From Auanema rhodensis (Eukaryota > Animalia > Nematoda): a stretch of 64,000 nt of DNA. Below are positions 1-12,300 of this stretch, in pieces; the first letter of the stretch is position 1; each line of letters begins with the position of its first letter. The stretch is from the NCBI GenBank assembly GCA_964057225.1, contig OZ059894.1:20026001-20090000 (forward strand). Direction: 5' to 3'. The position numbers and the translations under genes are program-made. The notes below the pieces were generated by a model. It saw only the letters and a program-made list of their open reading frames with translations. It had not been told where the DNA came from and ran no database searches.

Positions 1-90
1 AGTAGAAGTTTTTAGATTCCTTTTTTCAAGGCAAAGACGATGGACAATGTTATTCAACGAAAAAATTAATTCTTCAGGTTGAAAATCGAG

Positions 91-112
91 GATATAAGTG
101 TGAACTTATATC
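91..112. other. Perfect inverted repeat GATATAAGT-gtga-ACTTATATC (9-bp stem, 4-nt loop), present in nearly every monomer
   Basis: The arms at pos 91-99 and 104-112 are exact reverse complements. Confidence 0.9.
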
Positions 113-263
113 AGTTGATATCTCGGTGCATTTTCAAGCTAGCGCGAATCTGATAACACAGATCGACGCAGCTTAAAAATCCGCATCGAATGCACTATAC
201 TACATTGAGAAACGCTTAATACAAAAATTAGTTATGATCGTTTGAAAAATGATGCATTAGTGT

Positions 264-291
264 ATGTTGAGTTTCCATGTACACTCAACAT
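264..291. other. Perfect inverted repeat ATGTTGAGT-N10-ACTCAACAT in each monomer
   Basis: The arms at pos 264-272 and 283-291 are exact reverse complements. AAAATG (246-251) and CATTTT (304-309) share the same axis. Confidence 0.9.
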
Positions 292-304
292 TGCTTCAAA
301 AAAC

Positions 305-339
305 ATTTTGACAAAAATTTTTTCGAAAAATTTCAAAAT
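305..339. other. A/T-tract quasi-palindrome centred on TTTTTCGAAAAA
   Basis: AAATTTTTTCGAAAAATTT is one base from a perfect palindrome and is flanked by ATTTTGA/TCAAAAT. Confidence 0.85.
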
Positions 340-3300
340 AATTTAGCAAAAAGTAGATGTTTTTAGATTCCTTTTTTCAAGGCAAAGACGATGGACAATG
401 TTATTCAACGAAAAAATTAATTCTTCAGGGTGAAAATCGAGGATATAAGTGTGAACATATATCAGTTGATATCTCGGTGCATTTTCAAGCTAGCGCAAAT
501 CTGATAACACAGATCGACGCAGCTTAAAAATCCGCATCGAATGCACTATACTACATTGAGAAACGCTTAATACAAAAATTAGTTATGATCGTTTGAAAAA
601 TGATGCATTAGTGTATGTTGAGTTTCCATGTACACTCAACATTGCTTCCAAAAACATTTTGACAAAAATTTTTTCGAAAAATTTCAAAATAATTTAGCAA
701 AAAGTAGATGTTTTTAGATTCCTTTTTTCAAGGCAAAGACGATGGACAATGTTATTCAACGATAAAATTAATTCTTCAGGGTGAAAATCGAGGATATAAG
801 TGTGAACTTATATCAGTTGATATCTCGGTGCATTTTTAAGCTAGCGCAAATCTGATAACACAGATCGACGCAGCTTAAAAATCCGCATCGAATGCACTAC
901 ACTACATTGAGAAACGCTTAATACAAAAATTAGTTATGATCGTTTGAAAAATGATGCATTAGTGTATGTTGAGTTTCCATATACACTCAACATTGCTTCC
1001 AAAAACATTTTGACAATAATTTTTTCGAAAAATTTCAAAATAAATTAGCAAAAAGTAGATGTTTTTAGATTCCTTTTTTCAAGGCAAAGACGATGGACAA
1101 TGTTATTCAACGAAAAAATTAATTCTTCAGGTTGAAAATCGAGGATATAAGTGTGAACTTATATCAGTTGATATCTCGGTGCATTTTCAAGCTAGCGCGA
1201 ATCTGATAACACAGATCGACGCAGCTTAAAAATCCGCATCGAATGCACTATACTACATTGAGAAACGCTTAATACAAAAATTAGTTATGATCGTTTGAAA
1301 AATGATGCATTAGTGTATGTTGAGTTTCCATGTACACTCAACATTGCTTCCAAAAACATTTTGACAAAAATTTTTTCGAAAAATTTCAAAATAAATTAGC
1401 AAAAAGTAGATGTTTTTAGATTCCTTTTTTCAAGGCAAAGACGATGGACAATGTTATTCAACGAAAAAATTAATTCTTCAGGTTGAAAATCGAGGATATA
1501 AGTGTGAACTTATATCAGTTGATATCTCGGTGCATTTTCAAGCTAGCGCGAATCTGATAACACAGATCGACGCAGCTTAAAAATCCGCATCGAATGCACT
1601 ATACTACATTGAGAAACGCTTAATACAAAAATTAGTTATGATCGTTTGAAAAATGATGCATTAGTGTATGTTGAGTTTCCATGTACACTCAACATTGCTT
1701 CCAAAAACATTTTGACAAAAATTTTTTCGAAAAATTTCAAAATAATTTAGCAAAAAGTAGATGTTTTTAGATTCCTTTTTTCAAGGCAAAGACGATGGAC
1801 AATGTTATTCAACGATAAAATTAATTCTTCAGGGTGAAAATCGAGGATATAAGTGTGAACTTATATCAGTTGATATCTCGGTGCATTTTTAAGCTAGCGC
1901 AAATCTGATAACACAGATCGACGCAGCTTTAAAATCCGCATCGAATGCACTATACTACATTGAGAAACGCTTAATACAAAAATTAGTTATGATCGTTTGA
2001 AAAATGATGCATTAGTGTATGTTGAGTTTCCATGTACACTCAACATTGCTTCCAAAAACATTTTGACAAAAATTTTTTCGAAAAATTTCAAAATAAATTA
2101 GCAAAAAGTAGATGTTTTTAGATTCCTTTTTTCAAGGCAAAGACGATGGACAATGTTATTCAACGAAAAAATTAATTCTTCAGGGTGAAAATCGAGGATA
2201 TAAGTGTGAACTTATATCAGTTGATATCTCGGTGCATTTTTAAGCTAGCGCAAATCTGATAACACAGATCGACGCAGCTTAAAAATCCGCATCGAATGCA
2301 GTATACTACATTGAGAAACGCTTAATACAAAAATTAGTTATGATCGTTTGAAAAATGATGCATTAGTGTATGTTGAGTTTCCATGTACACTCAACATTGC
2401 TTCCAAAAACATTTTGACAAAAATTTTTTCGAAAAATTTCAAAATAATTTAGCAAAAAGTAGATGTTTTTAGATTCTTTTTTTCAAGGCAAAGACGATGG
2501 ACAATGTTATTCAACGAAAAAATTAATTCTTCAGGGTGAAAATCGAGGATATAAGTGTGAACTTATATCAGTTGATATCTCGGTGCATTTTTAAGCTAGC
2601 GCAAATCTGATAACACAGATCGACGCAGCTTAAAAATCCGCATCGAATGCACTATACTACATTGAGAAACGCTTAATACAAAAATTAGTTATGATCGTTT
2701 GAAAAATGATGCATTAGTGTATGTTGAGTTTCCATGTACACTCAACATTGCTTCCAAAAACATTTTGACAAAAATTTTTTCGAAAAATTTCAAAATAATT
2801 TAGCAAAAAGTAGATGTTTTTAGATTCCTTTTTTCAAGGCAAAGACGATGGACAATGTTATTCAACGATAAAATTAATTCTTCAGGGTGAAAATCGAGGA
2901 TATAAGTGTGAACTTATATCAGTTGATATCTCGGTGCATTTTTAAGCTAGCGCAAATCTGATAACACAGATCGACGCAGCTTAAAAATCCGCATCGAATG
3001 CAGTATACTACATTGAGAAACGCTTAATACAAAAATTAGTTATGATCGTTTGAAAAATGATGCATTAGTGTATGTTGAGTTTCCATGTACACTCAACATT
3101 GCTTCCAAAAACATTTTGACAAAAATTTTTTCGAAAAATTTCAAAATAATTTAGCAAAAAGTAGATGTTTTTAGATTCTTTTTTTCAAGGCAAAGACGAT
3201 GGACAATGTTATTCAACGAAAAAATTAATTCTTCAGGGTGAAAATCGAGGATATAAGTGTGAACTTATATCAGTTGATATCTCGGTGCATTTTTAAGCTA

Positions 3301-6300
3301 GCGCAAATCTGATAACACAGATCGACGCAGCTTAAAAATCCGCATCGAATGCACTATACTACATTGAGAAACGCTTAATACAAAAGTTAGTTATGATCGT
3401 TTGAAAAATGATGCATTAGTGTATGTTGAGTTTCCATGTACACTCAACATTGCTTCCAAAAACATTTTGACAAAAATTTTTTCGAAAAATTTCAAAATAA
3501 TTTAGCAAAAAGTAGATGTTTTTAGATTTCTTTTTTCAAGGCAAAGACGATGGACAATGTTATTCAACGATAAAATTAATTCTTCAGGGTGAAAATCGAG
3601 GATATAAGTGTGAACTTATATCAGTTGATATCTCGGTGCATTTTTAAGCTAGCGCAAATCTGATAACACAGATCGACGCAGCTTAAAAATCCGCATCGAA
3701 TGCACTATACTACATTGAGAAACGCTTAATACAAAAGTTAGTTATGATCGTTTGAAAAATGATGCATTAGTGTATGTTGAGTTTCCATGTACACTCAACA
3801 TTGCTTCCAAAAACATTTTGACAAAAATTTTTTCGAAAAATTTCAAAATAATTTAGCAAAAAGTAGATGTTTTTAGATTTCTTTTTTCAAGGCAAAGACG
3901 ATGGACAATGTTATTCAACGATAAAATTAATTCTTCAGGGTGAAAATCGAGGATATAAGTGTGAACTTATATCAGTTGATATCTCGGTGCATTTTTAAGC
4001 TAGCGCAAATCTGATAACACAGATCGACGCAGCTTAAAAATCCGCATCGAATGCAGTATACTACATTGAGAAACGCTTAATACAAAAATTAGTTATGATC
4101 GTTTGAAAAATGATGCATTAGTGTATGTTGAGTTTCCATGTACACTCAACATTGCTTCCAAAAACATTTTGACAAAAATTTTTTCGAAAAATTTCAAAAT
4201 AATTTAGCAAAAAGTAGATGTTTTTAGATTCTTTTTTTCAAGGCAAAGACGATGGACAATGTTATTCAACGAAAAAATTAATTCTTCAGGGTGAAAATCG
4301 AGGATATAAGTGTGAACTTATATCAGTTGATATCTCGGTGCATTTTTAAGCTAGCGCAAATCTGATAACACAGATCGACGCAGCTTAAAAATCCGCATCG
4401 AATGCACTATACTACATTGAGAAACGCTTAATACAAAAGTTAGTTATGATCGTTTGAAAAATGATGCATTAGTGTATGTTGAGTTTCCATGTACACTCAA
4501 CATTGCTTCCAAAAACATTTTGACAAAAATTTTTTCGAAAAATTTCAAAATAATTTAGCAAAAAGTAGATGTTTTTAGATTTCTTTTTTCAAGGCAAAGA
4601 CGATGGACAATGTTATTCAACGATAAAATTAATTCTTCAGGGTGAAAATCGAGGATATAAGTGTGAACTTATATCAGTTGATATCTCGGTGCATTTTTAA
4701 GCTAGCGCAAATCTGATAACACAGATCGACGCAGCTTAAAAATCCGCATCGAATGCACTATACTACATTGAGAAACGCTTAATACAAAAGTTAGTTATGA
4801 TCGTTTGAAAAATGATGCATTAGTGTATGTTGAGTTTCCATGTACACTCAACATTGCTTCCAAAAACATTTTGACAAAAATTTTTTCGAAAAATTTCAAA
4901 ATAATTTAGCAAAAAGTAGATGTTTTTAGATTTCTTTTTTCAAGGCAAAGACGATGGACAATGTTATTCAACGAAAAAATTAATTCTTCAGGGTGAAAAT
5001 CGAGGATATAAGTGTGAACTTATATCAGTTGATATCTCGGTGCATTTTTAAGCTAGCGCAAATCTGATAACACAGATCGACGCAGCTTAAAAATCCGCAT
5101 CGAATGCAGTATACTACATTGAGAAACGCTTAATACAAAAATTAGTTATGATCGTTTGAAAAATGATGCATTAGTGTATGTTGAGTTTCCATGTACACTC
5201 AACATTGCTTCCAAAAACATTTTGACAAAAATTTTTTCGAAAAATTTCAAAATAATTTAGCAAAAAGTAGATGTTTTTAGATTTCTTTTTTCAAGGCAAA
5301 GACGATGGACAATGTTATTCAACGAAAAAATTAATTCTTCAGGGTGAAAATCGAGGATATAAGTGTGAACTTATATCAGTTGATATCTCGGTGCATTTTT
5401 AAGCTAGCGCAAATCTGATAACACAGATCGACGCAGCTTAAAAATCCGCATCGAATGCACTATACTACATTGAGAAACGCTTAATACAAAAGTTAGTTAT
5501 GATCGTTTGAAAAATGATGCATTAGTGTATGTTGAGTTTCCATGTACACTCAACATTGCTTCCAAAAACATTTTGACAAAAATTTTTTCGAAAAATTTCA
5601 AAATAATTTAGCAAAAAGTAGATGTTTTTAGATTCTTTTTTTCAAGGCAAAGACGATGGACAATGTTATTCAACGAAAAAATTAATTCTTCAGGGTGAAA
5701 ATCGAGGATATAAGTGTGAACTTATATCAGTTGATATCTCGGTGCATTTTTAAGCTAGCGCAAATCTGATAACACAGATCGACGCAGCTTAAAAATCCGC
5801 ATCGAATGCACTATACTACATTGAGAAACGCTTAATACAAAAGTTAGTTATGATCGTTTGAAAAATGATGCATTAGTGTATGTTGAGTTTCCATGTACAC
5901 TCAACATTGCTTCCAAAAACATTTTGACAAAAATTTTTTCGAAAAATTTCAAAATAATTTAGCAAAAAGTAGATGTTTTTAGATTTCTTTTTTCAAGGCA
6001 AAGACGATGGACAATGTTATTCAACGATAAAATTAATTCTTCAGGGTGAAAATCGAGGATATAAGTGTGAACTTATATCAGTTGATATCTCGGTGCATTT
6101 TTAAGCTAGCGCAAATCTGATAACACAGATCGACGCAGCTTAAAAATCCGCATCGAATGCACTATACTACATTGAGAAACGCTTAATACAAAAGTTAGTT
6201 ATGATCGTTTGAAAAATGATGCATTAGTGTATGTTGAGTTTCCATGTACACTCAACATTGCTTCCAAAAACATTTTGACAAAAATTTTTTCGAAAAATTT

Positions 6301-9300
6301 CAAAATAATTTAGCAAAAAGTAGATGTTTTTAGATTTCTTTTTTCAAGGCAAAGACGATGGACAATGTTATTCAACGAAAAAATTAATTCTTCAGGGTGA
6401 AAATCGAGGATATAAGTGTGAACTTATATCAGTTGATATCTCGGTGCATTTTTAAGCTAGCGCAAATCTGATAACACAGATCGACGCAGCTTAAAAATCC
6501 GCATCGAATGCACTATACTACATTGAGAAACGCTTAATACAAAAGTTAGTTATGATCGTTTGAAAAATGATGCATTAGTGTATGTTGAGTTTCCATGTAC
6601 ACTCAACATTGCTTCCAAAAACATTTTGACAAAAATTTTTTCGAAAAATTTCAAAATAATTTAGCAAAAAGTAGATGTTTTTAGATTTCTTTTTTCAAGG
6701 CAAAGACGATGGACAATGTTATTCAACGATAAAATTAATTCTTCAGGGTGAAAATCGAGGATATAAGTGTGAACTTATATCAGTTGATATCTCGGTGCAT
6801 TTTTAAGCTAGCGCAAATCTGATAACACAGATCGACGCAGCTTAAAAATCCGCATCGAATGCACTATACTACATTGAGAAACGCTTAATACAAAAGTTAG
6901 TTATGATCGTTTGAAAAATGATGCATTAGTGTATGTTGAGTTTCCATGTACACTCAACATTGCTTCCAAAAACATTTTGACAAAAATTTTTTCGAAAAAT
7001 TTCAAAATAATTTAGCAAAAAGTAGATGTTTTTAGATTTCTTTTTTCAAGGCAAAGACGATGGACAATGTTATTCAACGATAAAATTAATTCTTCAGGGT
7101 GAAAATCGAGGATATAAGTGTGAACTTATATCAGTTGATATCTCGGTGCATTTTTAAGCTAGCGCAAATCTGATAACACAGATCGACGCAGCTTAAAAAT
7201 CCGCATCGAATGCAGTATACTACATTGAGAAACGCTTAATACAAAAATTAGTTATGATCGTTTGAAAAATGATGCATTAGTGTATGTTGAGTTTCCATGT
7301 ACACTCAACATTGCTTCCAAAAACATTTTGACAAAAATTTTTTCGAAAAATTTCAAAATAATTTAGCAAAAAGTAGATGTTTTTAGATTCTTTTTTTCAA
7401 GGCAAAGACGATGGACAATGTTATTCAACGAAAAAATTAATTCTTCAGGGTGAAAATCGAGGATATAAGTGTGAACTTATATCAGTTGATATCTCGGTGC
7501 ATTTTTAAGCTAGCGCAAATCTGATAACACAGATCGACGCAGCTTAAAAATCCGCATCGAATGCACTATACTACATTGAGAAACGCTTAATACAAAAGTT
7601 AGTTATGATCGTTTGAAAAATGATGCATTAGTGTATGTTGAGTTTCCATGTACACTCAACATTGCTTCCAAAAACATTTTGACAAAAATTTTTTCGAAAA
7701 ATTTCAAAATAATTTAGCAAAAAGTAGATGTTTTTAGATTTCTTTTTTCAAGGCAAAGACGATGGACAATGTTATTCAACGATAAAATTAATTCTTCAGG
7801 GTGAAAATCGAGGATATAAGTGTGAACTTATATCAGTTAATATCTCGGTGCATTTTTAAGCTAGCGCAAATCTGATAACACAGATCGACGCAGCTTAAAA
7901 ATCCGCATCGAATGCACTATACTACATTGAGAAACGCTTAATACAAAAGTTAGTTATGATCGTTTGAAAAATGATGCATTAGTGTATGTTGAGTTTCCAT
8001 GTACACTCAACATTGCTTCCAAAAACATTTTGACAAAAATTTTTTCGAAAAATTTCAAAATAATTTAGCAAAAAGTAGATGTTTTTAGATTTCTTTTTTC
8101 AAGGCAAAGACGATGGACAATGTTATTCAACGATAAAATTAATTCTTCAGGGTGAAAATCGAGGATATAAGTGTGAACTTATATCAGTTGATATCTCGGT
8201 GCATTTTTAAGCTAGCGCAAATCTGATAACACAGATCGACGCAGCTTAAAAATCCGCATCGAATGCACTATACTACATTGAGAAACGCTCAATACAAAAA
8301 TTAGTTATGATCGTTTGAAAAATGATGCATTAGTGTATGTTGAGTTTCCATGTACACTCAACATTGCTTCCAAAAACATTTTGACAAAAATTTTTTCGAA
8401 AAATTTCAAAATAAATTAGCAAAAAGTAGATGTTTTTAGATTCCTTTTTTCAAGGCAAAGACGATGGACAATGTTATTCAACGAAAAAATTAATTCTTCA
8501 GGGTGAAAATCGAGGATATAAGTGTGAACTTATATCAGTTGATATCTCGGTGCATTTTTAAGCTAGCGCAAATCTGATAACACAGATCGACGCAGCTTAA
8601 AAATCCGCATCGAATGCAGTATACTACATTGAGAAACGCTTAATACAAAAATTAGTTATGATCGTTTGAAAAATGATGCATTAGTGTATGTTGAGTTTCC
8701 ATGTACACTCAACATTGCTTCCAAAAACATTTTGACAAAAATTTTTTCGAAAAATTTCAAAATAATTTAGCAAAAAGTAGATGTTTTTAGATTTCTTTTT
8801 TCAAGGCAAAGACGATGGACAATGTTATTCAACGATAAAATTAATTCTTCAGGGTGAAAATCGAGGATATAAGTGTGAACTTATATCAGTTGATATCTCG
8901 GTGCATTTTTAAGCTAGCGCAAATCTGATAACACAGATCGACGCAGCTTAAAAATCCGCATCGAATGCACTATACTACATTGAGAAACGCTCAATACAAA
9001 AATTAGTTATGATCGTTTGAAAAATGATGCATTAGTGTATGTTGAGTTTCCATGTACACTCAACATTGCTTCCAAAAACATTTTGACAAAAATTTTTTCA
9101 AAAAATTTCAAAATAAATTAGCAAAAAGTAGATGTTTTTAGATTCCTTATTTCAAGGCAAAGACGATGGACAATGTTATTCAACGAAAAAATTAATTCTT
9201 CAGGGTGAAAATCGAGGATATAAGTGTGAACTTATATCAGTTGATATCTCGGTGCATTTTCAAGCTAGCGCAAATCTGATAACACAGATCGACGCAGCTT

Positions 9301-12300
9301 AAAAATCCGCATCGAATGCACTATACTACATTGAGAAACGCTTAATACAAAAATTAGTTATGATCGTTTGAAAAATGATGCATTAGTGTATGTTGAGTTT
9401 CCATGTACACTCAACATTGCTTCCAAAAACATTTTGACAAAAATTTTTTCGAAAAATTTCAAAATAATTTAGCAAAAAGTAGATGTTTTTAGATTTCTTT
9501 TTTCAAGGCAAAGACGATGGACAATGTTATTCAACGATAAAATTAATTCTTCAGGGTGAAAATCGAGGATATAAGTGTCAACTTATATCAGTTGATATCT
9601 CGGTGCATTTTTAAGCTAGCGCAAATCTGATAACACAGATCGACGCAGCTTAAAAATCCGCATCGAATGCACTATACTACATTGAGAAACGCTCAATACA
9701 AAAATTAGTTATGATCGTTTGAAAAATGATGCATTAGTGTATGTTGAGTTTCCATGTACACTCAACATTGCTTCCAAAAACATTTTGACAAAAATTTTTT
9801 CAAAAAATTTCAAAATAAATTAGCAAAAAGTAGATGTTTTTAGATTCCTTATTTCAAGGCAAAGACGATGGACAATGTTATTCAACGAAAAAATTAATTC
9901 TTCAGGGTGAAAATCGAGGATATAAGTGTGAACTTATATCAGTTGATATCTCGGTGCATTTTCAAGCTAGCGCAAATCTGATAACACAGATCGACGCAGC
10001 TTAAAAATCCGCATCGAATGCACTATACTACATTGAGAAACGCTTAATACAAAAATTAGTTATGATCGTTTGAAAAATGATGCATTAGTGTATGTTGAGT
10101 TTCCATGTACACTCAACATTGCTTCCAAAAACATTTTGACAAAAATTTTTTCGAAAAATTTCAGAATAATTTAGCAAAAAGTAGATGTTTTTAGATTCCT
10201 TTTTTCAAGGCAAAGACGATGGACAATGTTATTCAACGAAAAAATTAATTCTTCAGGGTGAAAATCGAGGATATAAGTGTGAACTTATATCAGTTGATAT
10301 CTCGGTGCATTTTTAAGCTAGCGCAAATCTGATAACACAGATCGACGCAGCTTAAAAATCCGCATCGAATGCACTATATAACATTGAGAAACGCTTAATA
10401 CAAAAATTAGTTATGATCGTTTGAAAAATGATGCATTAGTGTATGTTGAGTTTCCATGTACACTCAACATTGCTTCCAAAAACATTTTGACAATAATTTT
10501 TTCGAAAAATTTCAAAATAAATTAGCAAAAAGTAGATGTTTTTAGATTTCTTTTTTCAAGGCAAAGACGATGGACAATGTTATTCAACGAAAAAATTAAT
10601 TCTTCAGGGTGAAAATCGAGGATATAAGTGTGAACTTTTATCAGTTGATATCTCGGTGCATTTTTAAGCTAGCGCAAATCTGATAACACAGATCGACGCA
10701 GCTTAAAAATCCGCATCGAATGCACTATACTACATTGAGAAACGCTTAATACAAAAATTAGTTATGATCGTTTGAAAAATGATGCATTAGTGTATGTTGA
10801 GTTTCCATGTACACTCAACATTGCTTCCAAAAACATTTTGACAAAAATTTTTTCGAAAAATTTCAAAATAATTTAGCAAAAAGTAGATGTTTCTAGATTC
10901 CTTTTTTCAAGGCAAAGACGATGGACAATGTTATTCAACGAAAAAATTAATTCTTCAGGGTGAAAATCGAGGATATAAGTGTGAACTTATATCAGTTGAT
11001 ATCTCGGTGCATTTTTAAGCTAGCGCAAATCTGATAACACAGATCGACGCAGCTTAAAAATCCGCATCGAATGCACTATACTACATTGAGAAACGCTTAA
11101 TACAAAAATTAGTTATGATCGTTTGAAAAATGATGCATTAGTGTATGTTGAGTTTCCATGTACACTCAACATTGCTTCCAAAAACATTTTGACAAAAATT
11201 TTTTCGAAAAATTTCAAAATAAATTAGCAAAAAGTAGATGTTTTTAGATTCCTTTTTTCAAGGCAAAGACGATGGACAATGTTATTCAACGAAAAAATTA
11301 ATTCTTCAGGGTGAAAATCGAGGATATAAGTGTGAACTTATATCAGTTGATATCTCGGTGCATTTTTAAGCTAGCGCAAATCTGATAACACAGATCGACG
11401 CAGCTTAAAAATCCGCATCGAATGCACTATACTACATTGAGAAACGCTCAATACAAAAATTAGTTATGATCGTTTGAAAAATGATGCATTAGTGTATGTT
11501 GAGTTTCCATGTACACTCAACATTGCTTCCAAAAACATTTTGACAAAAATTTTTTCAAAAAATTTCAAAATAAATTAGCAAAAAGTAGATGTTTTTAGAT
11601 TCCTTATTTCAAGGCAAAGACGATGGACAATGTTATTCAACGAAAAAATTAATTCTTCAGGGTGAAAATCGAGGATATAAGTGTGAACTTATATCAGTTG
11701 ATATCTCGGTGCATTTTCAAGCTAGCGCAAATCTGATAACACAGATCGACGCAGCTTAAAAATCCGCATCGAATGCACTATACTACATTGAGAAACGCTT
11801 AATACAAAAATTAGTTATGATCGTTTGAAAAATGATGCATTAGTGTATGTTGAGTTTCCATGTACACTCAACATTGCTTCCAAAAACATTTTGACAAAAG
11901 TTTTTTCGAAAAATTTCAGAATAATTTAGCAAAAAGTAGATGTTTTTAGATTCCTTTTTTCAAGGCAAAGACGATGGACAATGTTATTCAACGAAAAAAT
12001 TAATTCTTCAGGGTGAAAATCGAGGATATAAGTGTGAACTTATATCAGTTGATATCTCGGTGCATTTTTAAGCTAGCGCAAATCTGATAACACAGATCGA
12101 CGCAGCTTAAAAATCCGCATCGAATGCACTATATAACATTGAGAAACGCTCAATACAAAAATTAGTTATGATCGTTTGAAAAATGATGCATTAGTGTATG
12201 TTGAGTTTCCATGTACACTCAACATTGCTTCCAAAAACATTTTGACAAAAATTTTTTCGAAAAATTTCAGAATAATTTAGCAAAAAGTAGATGTTTTTAG

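Noticed and set aside
24-77. Hammerhead ribozyme core on the minus strand (CUGAAGA...GAAA), as known from newt, schistosome and cave-cricket satellites
   Set aside because: I could not form stem II or stems I/III around the core. The plus-strand CUGAUAA (150-156) lacks the conserved G8. An Infernal search with the Rfam hammerhead models would settle it.
140-169. Pol III A-box-like TAGCGCAA and B-box match GATCGACGC (tRNA or SINE origin)
   Set aside because: The boxes start only 21 bp apart, too close for a tRNA-type promoter. There is no cloverleaf and the A box is incomplete.
74-268. Monomer as an ancient dimer (TGAAAATCGAGGATATAAGTGT vs TGAAAAATGATGCATTAGTGT, about 164 bp apart)
   Set aside because: The similarity is limited to about 25 AT-rich bases and does not extend, so it is not distinguishable from chance by eye.
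321-337. CENP-B box-like TTCGNNNNA
   Set aside because: The required CGGG half is absent (TCAA instead).
1-351. Assignment to a named ~350-bp satellite (e.g. Drosophila 1.688, tenebrionid beetle satellites, Chironomus telomeric repeats) or a 5S rDNA/spliced-leader array
   Set aside because: Only the unit length is similar. I recognise no diagnostic sequence, and a database search is needed.
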